From sequence record OL744216.1: a stretch of 64,000 bases of DNA. One strand, 5' to 3'. Of this stretch, positions 31,201 through 39,128 are shown piece after piece (within the stretch, counting starts at the first letter, position 1; each line of letters opens with the position of its first letter). Source of the DNA: Enterobacter phage vB_ExiM_F4M1E. The notes beneath the pieces were generated by a model that was given only the letters and a program-made list of their open reading frames with translations, was not told the DNA's origin and made no database searches. The position numbers were made by a program, and so were the translations under genes.

Positions 31201-31485
31201 ACAGCCGCGACGTTTACCCCGGATGGAACCACGAGCATCTACAACGTCAACGTGCAGGCAGACACAGAGGTTCAGGCCCCTACCGGGTTGCTGTCTTCAG
31301 GTAAAGGAGAGTCAATCTTCATTTACTTCGAGCAAGATACGACTGGACATGCGGTAACGTTCAGCAGCGCCTTCGTTGTTCACAACGATGCGACTGTCAG
31401 CAACGCTGCAAACTCCATTACGATCGCCAACCTCGTATATCGTGGAACTGGCCCACTGATCGACGTGTTCTTGACCGGACGCTAA
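28225..31485 (+). CDS. large tail fibre / tailspike-like protein with beta-helical repeats
   Basis: 1086 aa; GTG start after GAGGAG; many ~40-aa repeats of the form L.VTGT.TGV..DV.G.DI.PRSV; Gly/Thr/Val-rich. Confidence 0.7.
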   Translation: MSSNTDIIALLSSDADKAVDQIIEDSKRLHIVVNGTGTEQAVAEDGSLLPSVRKALIDNLYFKTPPLPWRNGGSVNEFNQLYSFTDVSGNTTWWYAPGATVSNPVVMRDSPINDGKFKVFLDKTNIADIYAPLNSPNFVGNPRVPTPAPGDNTNTIPTTGWVQSEMKDLEDLIISSMKGEFENITVRNDAILQDTYINGEFIVTSPKLSAASTEATFHRIRVVGTDTATEIAFEQNSAPPAGASTKTNIKPYTMSTGILTLDQIKGKAAQIGDVAVATDSLNVDGYMRGDYLHLEGNNRNTTDRPQLIVDGIAEIETLRVTGTIEGVKADVDGLDIHPRSAIIDEGLTVGKDTSLAGKLTVAGTTKVKDLEVTGTLTGVAISVDGKDIKPRSVNTGNLVATGNVQITGTTTATGKITTQDLEVLGTLTANLDLSGSDLTVDNMTVAQTATIKDLVVTGTTTGVKGDVNGTDIAPAKVDATGPVTAPSVTTTGNVTVGNDLTVAGTFRPASIDSPGEIEAGNFTSNGDITQTTGTTRLVNLVVTGTTTGVTADVNGDDITPRSVTTTAGVNVGTTLNVTGKTTLGDVDFTGTVTGLDLDLSQKNITVKSIAAADPSAFGNVTTDNLTNSAKITTQDIQVLGDILDADGNPVNTFDVTGKDILPNSVQSATFIRGKTLDISEGSTLRGPVEFRNGLTVTLGDIMSPQGKATFNDVQVNGALTDANGNAIGSVESIKGKDIEPRSVVATVSVQAPRLQSTGDVLGLSATITENLAAGSLNVSGLSSLQETRVNGKLTGHETELDTLLLKRVAGQDTPRLVVQGDSDLQGDLNVSGTITGVIDLTAQDINMNSLGLAQGLTAGGSITSSSTVKGVNGVFGEGSTAPGAIGLQSMTNAKVATDLLVGEDLRVDGDTNLLGNLSVTGTITGNMDFAGKTIAPATVNATTVTATNLTVTGTIDLPDSPIVAQEITATNVEATGKMVAGKYSTTPKTANATAATFTPDGTTSIYNVNVQADTEVQAPTGLLSSGKGESIFIYFEQDTTGHAVTFSSAFVVHNDATVSNAANSITIANLVYRGTGPLIDVFLTGR

Positions 31486-31487
31486 CA

Positions 31488-31515
31488 CAAGGCCCTTCGG
31501 GGCCTTTTCTTTTTG
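31488..31515 (+). terminator. rho-independent terminator
   Basis: AAGGCCC-ttcg-GGGCCTT followed by ttctttttgg. Confidence 0.8.
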
Positions 31516-31523
31516 GAGGTTCA

Positions 31524-32765
31524 ATGATTCCTTTTGCGATTATCGGCTTTGGAGGGGGTGTTACCCCTGTCCCGTATGCCATCAAAAAATTGACGAAAGC
31601 TGGTAATGACGAGGGCCAGTTGTGGGCACTTATGACAAACGGGGATCTTTATGTTACCGGATCTGCCGCCTGTACCGGACTTGGTAAAGATGGATCTGGG
31701 AACAATATCCAACCCGACGGCTGGACGCTGACAAACACGGGAGTTATCGACGTATACCCAGCCCAATCCCGTGGTGCAATGGTCAAAAAAGGCCCGGGTC
31801 AGTACGAGTTCTGCTATGCAGGTGCCGGGGGACCTTGGCAATGGCCTGAAGTTGATGTGTCCCTTCAGAACAGTTGGAACCCGATGCCGGAATCAGCGAT
31901 GACGGCTGACGGAAAGAACGTATATGACGGCGCTATTAAAGTGGCGGGTATTTACTTGATGCAAGCCGACGGGTCTGTTTACCAGATGCGTTCAACAACC
32001 CCAACCTTGGCTTTCCCTGAGAAGGTCAAAGACATCTATTCCCAAGTCTCTGGTCCAGCGGTCCGTGTTGATTTGGATGGTACGCTGAAATACACAGGTG
32101 TCAATGGTAACGCTGCCGTTGTTTCCACGTCTGCTGCACAGAATACCAACTACACTTGGGCCACTGTAGGGACCCCGGGCGTTGTTTATGAGAGAGCCAA
32201 AGCTGTCAACGGACAGATTAGAGATCCAAACAGTGCGGGTGCTCTTCAGGTTGCTGCCTTGGTTGCACAAACCGCCGACGGAAAATGGTGGGGTAGTGGT
32301 TCTCTCTCTATGCTGGGCGCTAGTAGTTCTGATGCTGCCGGACCTTCACTGCAACCGTTGGATAGTATCCCGGTCGGTTGTGAATTGTACGTCTCTCAGA
32401 TGGTCAGTCAGAACATCCCTGGCATTAGTTGGCGTAGAGGTTTGCAGTCGTTCATTGTAGACAAACAGGCGGGAATTTACAAGTCAGCGGGAACTCAAGG
32501 AGGGGCATACTCTCTGTTCAGGAATTTGGCAACCTCTTCCAGTTCTACTGTTTATACGGATGTTGACCAAGCGATCCTTGATGATGGCGGTATTGATTAC
32601 GTTGTCGAGGGATATGGGGACCAATTCACTGCCTTGGTTACAAACGGCGGGCACATCTTCTGGTGTGGTCGTGGATACACAGGCACTCAGTGGCCTGTGC
32701 CATTCCGTGTTGCAAGTGCATACAATGGTCGTCTGGACGATGAAAAACTCCTTCCACCGGAGTAA
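31524..32765 (+). CDS. hypothetical protein with RCC1-like beta-propeller-type repeats
   Basis: 413 aa; recurring G-x-(L/I/V)-(W/Y/F)-x-x-G-x-x-x-x-G patterns (GQLWALMTNGDLYVTGSAACTGLG; GGHIFWCGRGYTGTQW); stand-alone unit between two terminators. Confidence 0.35.
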   Translation: MIPFAIIGFGGGVTPVPYAIKKLTKAGNDEGQLWALMTNGDLYVTGSAACTGLGKDGSGNNIQPDGWTLTNTGVIDVYPAQSRGAMVKKGPGQYEFCYAGAGGPWQWPEVDVSLQNSWNPMPESAMTADGKNVYDGAIKVAGIYLMQADGSVYQMRSTTPTLAFPEKVKDIYSQVSGPAVRVDLDGTLKYTGVNGNAAVVSTSAAQNTNYTWATVGTPGVVYERAKAVNGQIRDPNSAGALQVAALVAQTADGKWWGSGSLSMLGASSSDAAGPSLQPLDSIPVGCELYVSQMVSQNIPGISWRRGLQSFIVDKQAGIYKSAGTQGGAYSLFRNLATSSSSTVYTDVDQAILDDGGIDYVVEGYGDQFTALVTNGGHIFWCGRGYTGTQWPVPFRVASAYNGRLDDEKLLPPE

Positions 32766-32799
32766 TAAAAAAGGCACCCGATTGGGTGCCTTTTCTTTT
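32766..32799. terminator. bidirectional terminator between convergent late (+) and early (-) transcription
   Basis: aaaaaa-GGCACCC-gatt-GGGTGCC-ttttctttt lying between the stop codons at 32765 (+) and 32808 (-). Confidence 0.75.
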
Positions 32800-32807
32800 A
32801 TCACAAC

Positions 32808-34034
32808 TTAAAACGGAATATCGTCATCGAAATCAACGTCCGGAGGGGTCATGTCAATGTGACCATTGTTGACCACCGGAGCCTGCGGGGTTTCAACTTT
32901 AGGTTGCGGATCAGGTGCAGTCTGAGACTGAGTCGTCTGAACCGTGTTATTACCAGAAGGTTGTTCGCCCTTGACGTATGCGGATACCCCGGGAACAACT
33001 TCACTCATCAGTCCACGGGCATAAGCCAGCAGCTTACCAGTAATCTCTTCTGGGTTGTCATTCTCGCCAACCTGAATATCACGAGTGGCGTTCAGAACCG
33101 CATGGCCTACCATCGCACCCAGATCGTAATCAGACATACCTTTGTTAGCCGGATCATTCGCAGCATCCAGTTTCAGATGCTTGGTAACATCATGAACAAC
33201 CTTGGCTACTTCCACAACCGGAGGGATAGTCAGACCGCTACGGCGCAGGTTCAGGGCACCGTTCAGTGCATGGCCCGTTTCCATACCGGAGTTGTCCTTC
33301 TTGAAACCCCCTTTGGAACCACCCGCGCCTGAACCCGCAGAACCTTTTGGCCCGTAGGCTTTGAAACCGGACAGCGTACCGTCTTCAGCACGTTGGCCCG
33401 CCAAGCGACCACCGACCTGAACCTGAGCAATCTGCTCTTTGTTCAGAACAACAGAGACTTCATTACCGTTCTCATCCTTCACCACAGCGCCTGTATCGCC
33501 CAGGGAGAGGATTTCTCCGTAAACCTTAGTGGTTTTGCCACCTGAAGCGTTGGACGTCGCAGAGGACGTCTGAGAGCCTCCTGCATTGCCTGCCGGGGCA
33601 GCATCACGGGCACCGGACTTGTCGGTAATAACGATCTTGGATTTCTTACCTTCTGGTGCAGATCGCTCGTTTCCGTCAGCGTCGGTCCACTTACGGATCT
33701 GAACAGGAACACGAATAGCCATACCCGGCTTCAGATCAATCCACACGTCACCTTCTTTCACCTGATACTGATTTTCGTACTTCGGATTCTTAACTTCGTG
33801 GGTTCCGAAGCTGATCCACACTTGATCTTCCCCGTTTTTAACGAGCAGGGACGCCTTGTGTGTTGCCACGATAGTTTTACCCTTGTTAGGACCCTTGTTG
33901 ATAGGGGTAATTTTAGGGCTACCGTCCTCGTTCAGGCGTTTAATGTTGATACGCTCAATAGTACCAACAGCCAGGCTTACCGTAGAGTTGTCGATCGGGT
34001 TAACTACTTCGGTAATTACTTTAACATCAGACAT
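32808..34034 (-). CDS. ssb: single-stranded DNA-binding protein
   Basis: 408 aa; N-terminal OB-fold-like region, Gly/Ser/Ala-rich flexible linker, and a C-terminal ...MTPPDVDFDDDIPF matching the canonical acidic DDDIPF SSB tail. Confidence 0.85.
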   Translation of the reverse strand: MSDVKVITEVVNPIDNSTVSLAVGTIERINIKRLNEDGSPKITPINKGPNKGKTIVATHKASLLVKNGEDQVWISFGTHEVKNPKYENQYQVKEGDVWIDLKPGMAIRVPVQIRKWTDADGNERSAPEGKKSKIVITDKSGARDAAPAGNAGGSQTSSATSNASGGKTTKVYGEILSLGDTGAVVKDENGNEVSVVLNKEQIAQVQVGGRLAGQRAEDGTLSGFKAYGPKGSAGSGAGGSKGGFKKDNSGMETGHALNGALNLRRSGLTIPPVVEVAKVVHDVTKHLKLDAANDPANKGMSDYDLGAMVGHAVLNATRDIQVGENDNPEEITGKLLAYARGLMSEVVPGVSAYVKGEQPSGNNTVQTTQSQTAPDPQPKVETPQAPVVNNGHIDMTPPDVDFDDDIPF

Positions 34035-34119
34035 TCACTTCTCCTTCGAGGATAAACAAGGCCCCAGAATTGAGGCCAGAACAACAGGTTACCACATTTA
34101 CTCAGAGTTGCAAGGTGCC

Positions 34120-34305
34120 TTACCAGACACCGAACCAAACACCAATGCCGTGGACAACACCGATCGGGGCGAAGATAGCGCCAGCAATCAGGAACAGCCA
34201 AGATGCAGTTTTGATACACACCACAACGTGGGTGAACCATGCAACGATGGATGCGATTACCAGTGCCAGCCAACCCAGACCTAAACCTGCCAGTAGCTTG
34301 TTCAT
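34120..34305 (-). CDS. small membrane protein
   Basis: 61 aa with two hydrophobic helices; RBS AGGAGAGGAAATG. Confidence 0.45.
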   Translation of the reverse strand: MNKLLAGLGLGWLALVIASIVAWFTHVVVCIKTASWLFLIAGAIFAPIGVVHGIGVWFGVW

Positions 34306-34317
34306 TTCCTCTCCTTT

Positions 34318-34695
34318 TTACAAATAAACGCGCTGCACCTCTTTGTCTGCTTGATCAAACATCAAGTTTGCAGCATTAATGTCCTTAATCATCTCCTCCG
34401 TCATCTGATCCGGGCGGAAGGCCCGCAGTGAACGTTTGAAGAGGACTTTCGGATCTTCAGTTACATCTCCCGACACATCGAACATCTTGATGATCATCTT
34501 CACCGGAACCTCACGAGAAATCTGCCCGCCGACGTTGATGGCATATGTCGCCCCTACTTCAACTTGACGGTGGTCCAGTTCGTACATCAGGTTCAGGTTA
34601 ACGTATTTGTATTCGTCGCAGCGAGTAATGTTCTTCTGTGCCTGAACACAAACCCAGCCCGGCTCAACAAAAGTGTTATCGAAAATGCTCATCAT
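34318..34695 (-). CDS. hypothetical protein
   Basis: 125 aa; RBS GAGGAAG; first gene downstream of the 34724-34751 promoter. Confidence 0.5.
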   Translation of the reverse strand: MMSIFDNTFVEPGWVCVQAQKNITRCDEYKYVNLNLMYELDHRQVEVGATYAINVGGQISREVPVKMIIKMFDVSGDVTEDPKVLFKRSLRAFRPDQMTEEMIKDINAANLMFDQADKEVQRVYL

Positions 34696-34723
34696 GTCTT
34701 CCTCATCAGTTAATGTTGTGACC

Positions 34724-34751
34724 AGTATACCTACATTCCCGCAGAAGTCAA
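34724..34751 (-). promoter_or_regulatory. sigma70-like early promoter (minus strand) TTGACTTC-N16-TATACT
   Basis: The + strand shows gaagtcaa (34744-34751) and agtata (34724-34729); same extended -35 as the promoters at 41120-41148 and 45692-45719. Confidence 0.5.
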
Positions 34752-35401
34752 CTTACTTTTGAAATTACCAGTTTTTGAACGTAGCCCTGCAACAGGGCGT
34801 AAGTTACACCACCTACATAACTACCGCCGACAGAGAGTCTCTCCCCGGCACCGAACCAATTGGGCACAGAAAAGTTCTGAACTTCCCCGCTCACCATATT
34901 TCTCACACGGATCTGCCGAGAGTCCGGGTAAGTTTCGATTCGCAGATTAAAAACTTGGCCCTGATTACCATTGATCGAGCAACGAACATAATTTCCGCTG
35001 TTGTCTGTTGGGAACAATTGGTGCCCTCCAACCCCGACCATTCCATAATGCGCCAGTCCGGCGACGATCCTTGTGGCGTAGTCGCCAGAACACCACACCA
35101 TCTGGGTTGCAGAAGGACTAAGGCTTTGGAAAACAACCTCAATCACCATAGGATCTGTGGACAGATCCACTGAAGACTGAGTTTGGAAATACCCTTGGCC
35201 TTGGGCAGGTATGAACTGCATGACCCTTCCAATCCCTGCAACATCGACTATCCTTGGGCCTGTGCCGACCAAAGAGAAGGTGTGGTTTTCAGACCAGTCC
35301 TTCAAGACAGTCTCGCCGAGAGATTGCCGTGTGGCATCCACATAGAGAATGGCGTCCTCTTTGCGAGATGACTTCCCTATAATCATTATCTCGTTCATCA
35401 A
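34748..35401 (-). CDS. LamG/ConA-like jelly-roll domain protein (paralog A)
   Basis: 217 aa. Its Gly-rich beta-strand patterning and a C-terminus of the form hydrophobic-x-x-hydrophobic-ISKV are shared with the 217-aa 50142-50795 ORF (WAHIAIVSKGG...FRISKVARYD). Confidence 0.4.
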   Translation of the reverse strand: MMNEIMIIGKSSRKEDAILYVDATRQSLGETVLKDWSENHTFSLVGTGPRIVDVAGIGRVMQFIPAQGQGYFQTQSSVDLSTDPMVIEVVFQSLSPSATQMVWCSGDYATRIVAGLAHYGMVGVGGHQLFPTDNSGNYVRCSINGNQGQVFNLRIETYPDSRQIRVRNMVSGEVQNFSVPNWFGAGERLSVGGSYVGGVTYALLQGYVQKLVISKVS

Positions 35402-35769
35402 TTTCTCCGAGGTTTTAAAACACCTGATTTTGAAAGAGGAATCTCATCGGCATCTCTGCCTTTCTCTCCATCTTTCCCATCCTTTCCGGCCTTTCCTGGT
35501 TTGCCCTCCGGGCCTGCCGGACCCGCTGGACCTGGCACATAAACATACTGCGGTTCAGTCAACGCTGCAATAAACAGTAGTATTGCCCAAGCAACACCAT
35601 TGACCCACAATGCAGGCCACATCGAAAAGAATACAGACAGGGCCAAGATCAATGTCGCATTGCGATGATCTCTTCGCCGAGCGATCAAGTACGGGGCCAT
35701 CCAGAACAACACGAACAGCCATGCAGAACCTGTGAACAAAGACCACATCAGATCAACAAACTCTGTCAT
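35398..35769 (-). CDS. membrane protein with C-terminal collagen-like (Gly-X-Y) segment
   Basis: 123 aa: three hydrophobic helices followed by PGPAGPAGPEGKPGKAGKDGKDGEKG (9 GXY triplets) and a short basic tail. Confidence 0.6.
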   Translation of the reverse strand: MTEFVDLMWSLFTGSAWLFVLFWMAPYLIARRRDHRNATLILALSVFFSMWPALWVNGVAWAILLFIAALTEPQYVYVPGPAGPAGPEGKPGKAGKDGKDGEKGRDADEIPLSKSGVLKPRRN

Positions 35770-36062
35770 TTCAGACCCTCCTGAATCTTAATGCGGAGTA
35801 CCTCTGCGTCAACAGCGTATGTGTTCTTTACCACTGCGTCCGAATCCCGGTATCGGCACATAACGCCCTTGGCCTCTCCGTTACGAGAAATAACCCAACT
35901 CATGTCATAATTGGGTTGGCTCCTGCATACCTTGTGCAACTCAACAACCTCTGTGGGAAAGAGGGACTTCTTCATACTGTAATGGTCAGGCTTTCCGTCA
36001 TCGAACAGGTCACAACCGCTAACCAAAAGCGCTGCCAGTAGAATTAATTTCTTCACATCCAC
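35766..36062 (-). CDS. lipoprotein (possible superinfection-exclusion / receptor-blocking type)
   Basis: A likely GTG start gives MKKLILLAALLVSGC, with lipobox LVSG|C; 98 aa; analogy to small phage lipoproteins such as T5 Llp is inference only. Confidence 0.5.
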   Translation of the reverse strand: MDVKKLILLAALLVSGCDLFDDGKPDHYSMKKSLFPTEVVELHKVCRSQPNYDMSWVISRNGEAKGVMCRYRDSDAVVKNTYAVDAEVLRIKIQEGLK

Positions 36063-36065
36063 CCC

Positions 36066-36221
36066 GCAAATTTAGAAATTTCTGTGGAGATCATGATCCC
36101 CAAGATATACGTCATAGAGAAGGCGACAGTCCAGTACATAAATCGGGTTCCCGCCATCGCTACCAGAATGAACAATATAACAAAAGTTTCAGGCGATATC
36201 AACATTTTGTTGCCCCCATGC
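36066..36221 (-). CDS. small membrane peptide (51 aa, below ORF-track cutoff)
   Basis: MLISPETFVILFILVAMAGTRFMYWTVAFSMTYILGIMISTEISKFAGWM; stop overlaps the lipoprotein start; weak RBS. Confidence 0.3.
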
Positions 36222-36621
36222 GGAGTTTCTCCTCTTCCTCATCAACCTCATCCTCTGCCCGGGCCATGATTTGATAAATCGTCTCGGGATTGTCGAGAAA
36301 CTCGGTATACTTCTTGATCCTGACTGCCAGTTTGCCGCGAACCTTACGCTCTCGCATCTGCTGGTTTTGCATGAAGCCTTTTTGGAACAGGATGAAGTAG
36401 TAGACCTGTTTTGCCCTGTTACGATCACAACCGAGTGCGATGGCGAAGTCATTGAAGCAGTCACTCTCGTGTTTGACCATAAAAATGTCCCAGAACACCT
36501 CACGAGCCTTCGCAAGCTCTTCCGGGGTAACTCGGGGCCACTCAGGACTACCGTACTTAACACCTTTTGACACCCCGGTGCGGTTCGGCGCTTTAGGGTA
36601 AACTTTTCTTGTATTGCTCAT
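36199..36621 (-). CDS. hypothetical protein
   Basis: ~140 aa from MSNTRKVYPK; acidic C-terminus EDEVDEEEEK; preceded by the GGGGGC-ttcg-GCCCCC hairpin at 36646-36668. Confidence 0.45.
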   Translation of the reverse strand: MSNTRKVYPKAPNRTGVSKGVKYGSPEWPRVTPEELAKAREVFWDIFMVKHESDCFNDFAIALGCDRNRAKQVYYFILFQKGFMQNQQMRERKVRGKLAVRIKKYTEFLDNPETIYQIMARAEDEVDEEEEKLRMGATKC

Positions 36622-36684
36622 TTCATCACTCCTCAAGGTAAAACGTTATTCCACTGGATGGGGGCCGAAGCCCCCGGATATTAC

Positions 36685-37353
36685 TTAGTCGCAGGACGAG
36701 GAACTTGAACCACTGTCATACGAACTGGAGTCGTAAGAACTGCTGGAAGAAGAACCATAGCTCGAACTGCTGTAGCTGTCGTCAGAAGACGAGTAGCTTG
36801 AACTGTACGTTGAGGTCGCAGCGGAACTGCGGCACTCTTCCACCGGGGCAGGCTGCGCCGCCGGGGTGTCATCACTCAGGATCGCTCCGGCTGCATAGCC
36901 ATACAGCGCTGCGTTTACCGGATCAATACCGTGAGAAACGACATGACCACCTGTGCTGTGCGGAGTATCGTCCAGTCGGCGGGCAGGTGCCGGAGAACCG
37001 GACACTTTAGCCTGCTTAATGAACTGACGCTTCGCTTTTGGCGGCAAGGTTTTACCCTTCGCATAGCTTGGAAGTTCCACACCTTTAAGCTGCTCGTTCA
37101 GAGGCTTAGGTGGGGTCTTTTCCACCGGGACTTTTACCCCAGCGGCCTTCAGGTCTGCTTCAACCTGCGCCACGCTCTCCTGAGTAGACGGCTCAACGGT
37201 CACATTAACAACGGGACGTTCATAGCTGCGAGACTCCACAGTCACAACACGTTTAGTCTGTGATTGCTTGGCGATGTATTCGTCAACCTTCACGTCATCA
37301 ATCTTCGCCGGGGCGAACAGGGCTTTTACCCACGCTACAAACCTCTTGATCAT
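36685..37353 (-). CDS. hypothetical protein with Ser/Tyr-rich low-complexity C-terminal tail
   Basis: 222 aa; the last ~50 residues are STYSSSYSSSDDSYSSSSYGSSSSSSYDSSSYDSGSSSSSCD. Confidence 0.5.
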   Translation of the reverse strand: MIKRFVAWVKALFAPAKIDDVKVDEYIAKQSQTKRVVTVESRSYERPVVNVTVEPSTQESVAQVEADLKAAGVKVPVEKTPPKPLNEQLKGVELPSYAKGKTLPPKAKRQFIKQAKVSGSPAPARRLDDTPHSTGGHVVSHGIDPVNAALYGYAAGAILSDDTPAAQPAPVEECRSSAATSTYSSSYSSSDDSYSSSSYGSSSSSSYDSSSYDSGSSSSSCD

Positions 37354-37565
37354 ACTTCCTCTCCTTCTTCGTTGAGAACAGTCAGCAAATTGGTGCCCAG
37401 CAGGCCAGCGGAGATCAGATCATCAATACCTGCCTGCCCGGTGAGTCCATCTTCAAAACAGTCAGCCAGATTTTCGTTCTCCAGCATCCAGTTATTAGCG
37501 GCCTTTTCGGAGGTGAACAACAAGCCTTCATGACCGATGTCCCACTCACAGAAAATCTCAAACAT
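37350..37565 (-). CDS. small highly acidic protein
   Basis: 71 aa, Asp/Glu-rich (ENENLADCFEDG...NEEGEEV); ATGA coupling with its neighbours. Confidence 0.45.
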   Translation of the reverse strand: MFEIFCEWDIGHEGLLFTSEKAANNWMLENENLADCFEDGLTGQAGIDDLISAGLLGTNLLTVLNEEGEEV

Positions 37566-37894
37566 TATCCTCTCCTCTTATTGTAAACTTCCCTCGCCCA
37601 TTTCACAGCCGCTTCAAGTACGTCTCCGTGACATGGATGGGGATGACAGAAGCATACCAGATCTTTACCTTCCAAAGCAAGAAGATCTTCAATGGTAATT
37701 TTCCCGGACCTGATCTGTTCCCACAACCAAACACGGTATCGTTCAATTGTGGCCCCTCTCGGCTCTTCTTTCGACAGCTTAAAGGGGTTGGCGAACTTAG
37801 ACTGCTTTAGCCCGAAGTGGGGCATGGCGCGGCCTATGTACACAGCATTATCCGGGATTACTTTACTCAGGTGGTAAAAGTTAAGGACCGCCAT
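37565..37894 (-). CDS. DUF4326-like Cys/His-motif protein
   Basis: 109 aa; VCFCHPHPCHGDVL fits the C-x-C-x4-C-H-G-D-x-L signature that I recall for DUF4326-family proteins; the assignment is tentative. Confidence 0.45.
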   Translation of the reverse strand: MAVLNFYHLSKVIPDNAVYIGRAMPHFGLKQSKFANPFKLSKEEPRGATIERYRVWLWEQIRSGKITIEDLLALEGKDLVCFCHPHPCHGDVLEAAVKWAREVYNKRRG

Positions 37895-38184
37895 TATCGG
37901 TCGGCCTTTAACTTCTTGTCAACCTCCGCCACCATACGGTTCAGTTCAGCCATTTCTTCGTCCAGCTTCTTGTTGATAGGTTTCCCAAACAACCAGAATT
38001 TATCCTTCGCAAAGTCCACCTTGTCGGCTGTCCACTGGCAAAGGTCTTCCAACTTTCCCGCCAGGAAACTGCCAAAGGCAGCGAGCAGGCTGAACGGGAT
38101 CAGTACGGCACGATGTGGGTTAAGCACAATGAGCACTGTCAGCAGAAGAATGACTTTACCAAACTTCGTTAGCACCTTCAACAT
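37894..38184 (-). CDS. membrane protein
   Basis: 96 aa; two hydrophobic helices followed by a coiled-coil tail. Confidence 0.45.
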   Translation of the reverse strand: MLKVLTKFGKVILLLTVLIVLNPHRAVLIPFSLLAAFGSFLAGKLEDLCQWTADKVDFAKDKFWLFGKPINKKLDEEMAELNRMVAEVDKKLKADR

Positions 38185-38586
38185 TTAATTCCCCTCCAAA
38201 CGAACATGTGGGTCAGCAAGATCATCCAACCCGTAATCCCAGAGGTCCATCCCAAAGTGACGAACACCATCCTCTGGCTCGTAGCCCGGTCGGGTGCATG
38301 GAGACACCCAAATACCTTCGACATTTGCTTCGACAAGCCCCTCTACACCAATACGGCTGTATGTCAGATAAGGGACCAACACCGGATCTTTTTCGCCGCA
38401 ACCGCAGTCACAGACCCATGCTTTTCCTTCCCCGACATACGGAAGTTTCTCTGCCGGGATGAAATTTAACTGCGCCAGAGGGAATCTTTGGATCATCGCC
38501 GCTTGGTAGTCCGGGCCTACCAACCCGGATACGAAAGCATTGACTTCTTCAGATTGCTTCTCAACGAGTTCGCCGTTATTTAGCAT
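38185..38586 (-). CDS. hypothetical protein (CDCGCG motif)
   Basis: 133 aa; WVCDCGCGEK Cys cluster. Confidence 0.45.
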   Translation of the reverse strand: MLNNGELVEKQSEEVNAFVSGLVGPDYQAAMIQRFPLAQLNFIPAEKLPYVGEGKAWVCDCGCGEKDPVLVPYLTYSRIGVEGLVEANVEGIWVSPCTRPGYEPEDGVRHFGMDLWDYGLDDLADPHVRLEGN

Positions 38587-38923
38587 CCAAAAGCTCCTTC
38601 TTGGTTTTGATTTCCTGATTAACTTTCACGTAAACATCCTTGGCGATCGGCTTGTAACAACGATCGTCAGAGAAGATGTACCCGGCCTGCTTGGCTTCAT
38701 ACTTCTCGCATGTCGCATAGTGGCGCTTATAGTCGCCGTAGTCCATACGGATAATCAGCGGAGACAAAATGAATCCCCAGAAGATAACACCGACCCCAAC
38801 ACCCGCCAGTTTATACTTCCATGACTCACCAAGACCCTGTACAAACCCAAAAAGCGCGCCCGCAATCACAAACACCAGAACCATGTCTGCATTTTTAAAC
38901 AAAAACTCAAAGAAACCGATCAT
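38576..38923 (-). CDS. membrane protein
   Basis: 115 aa with three hydrophobic segments. Confidence 0.45.
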   Translation of the reverse strand: MIGFFEFLFKNADMVLVFVIAGALFGFVQGLGESWKYKLAGVGVGVIFWGFILSPLIIRMDYGDYKRHYATCEKYEAKQAGYIFSDDRCYKPIAKDVYVKVNQEIKTKKELLDAK

Positions 38924-38934
38924 ATGTACTTCCC

Positions 38935-39120
38935 CTATTTTAAATTTTTCTGAAGGTTGTCAACTTGATTTTCAAGTTCCTTGGCAAGGGCCAGTGCCTT
39001 GTTGTGGTACTTGTCTTTGAACGCCTGCTTGGTCGTCCATTTCAGCCCGGGAGTTGTGATAATCGCCATCATCAGCGAAATACCAAATAACTTAACGGCT
39101 TTTGAAAATAAACCTTTCAT
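38935..39120 (-). CDS. small membrane protein
   Basis: 61 aa with one TM segment and a coiled-coil tail. Confidence 0.4.
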   Translation of the reverse strand: MKGLFSKAVKLFGISLMMAIITTPGLKWTTKQAFKDKYHNKALALAKELENQVDNLQKNLK

Positions 39121-39128
39121 GATCCTCC

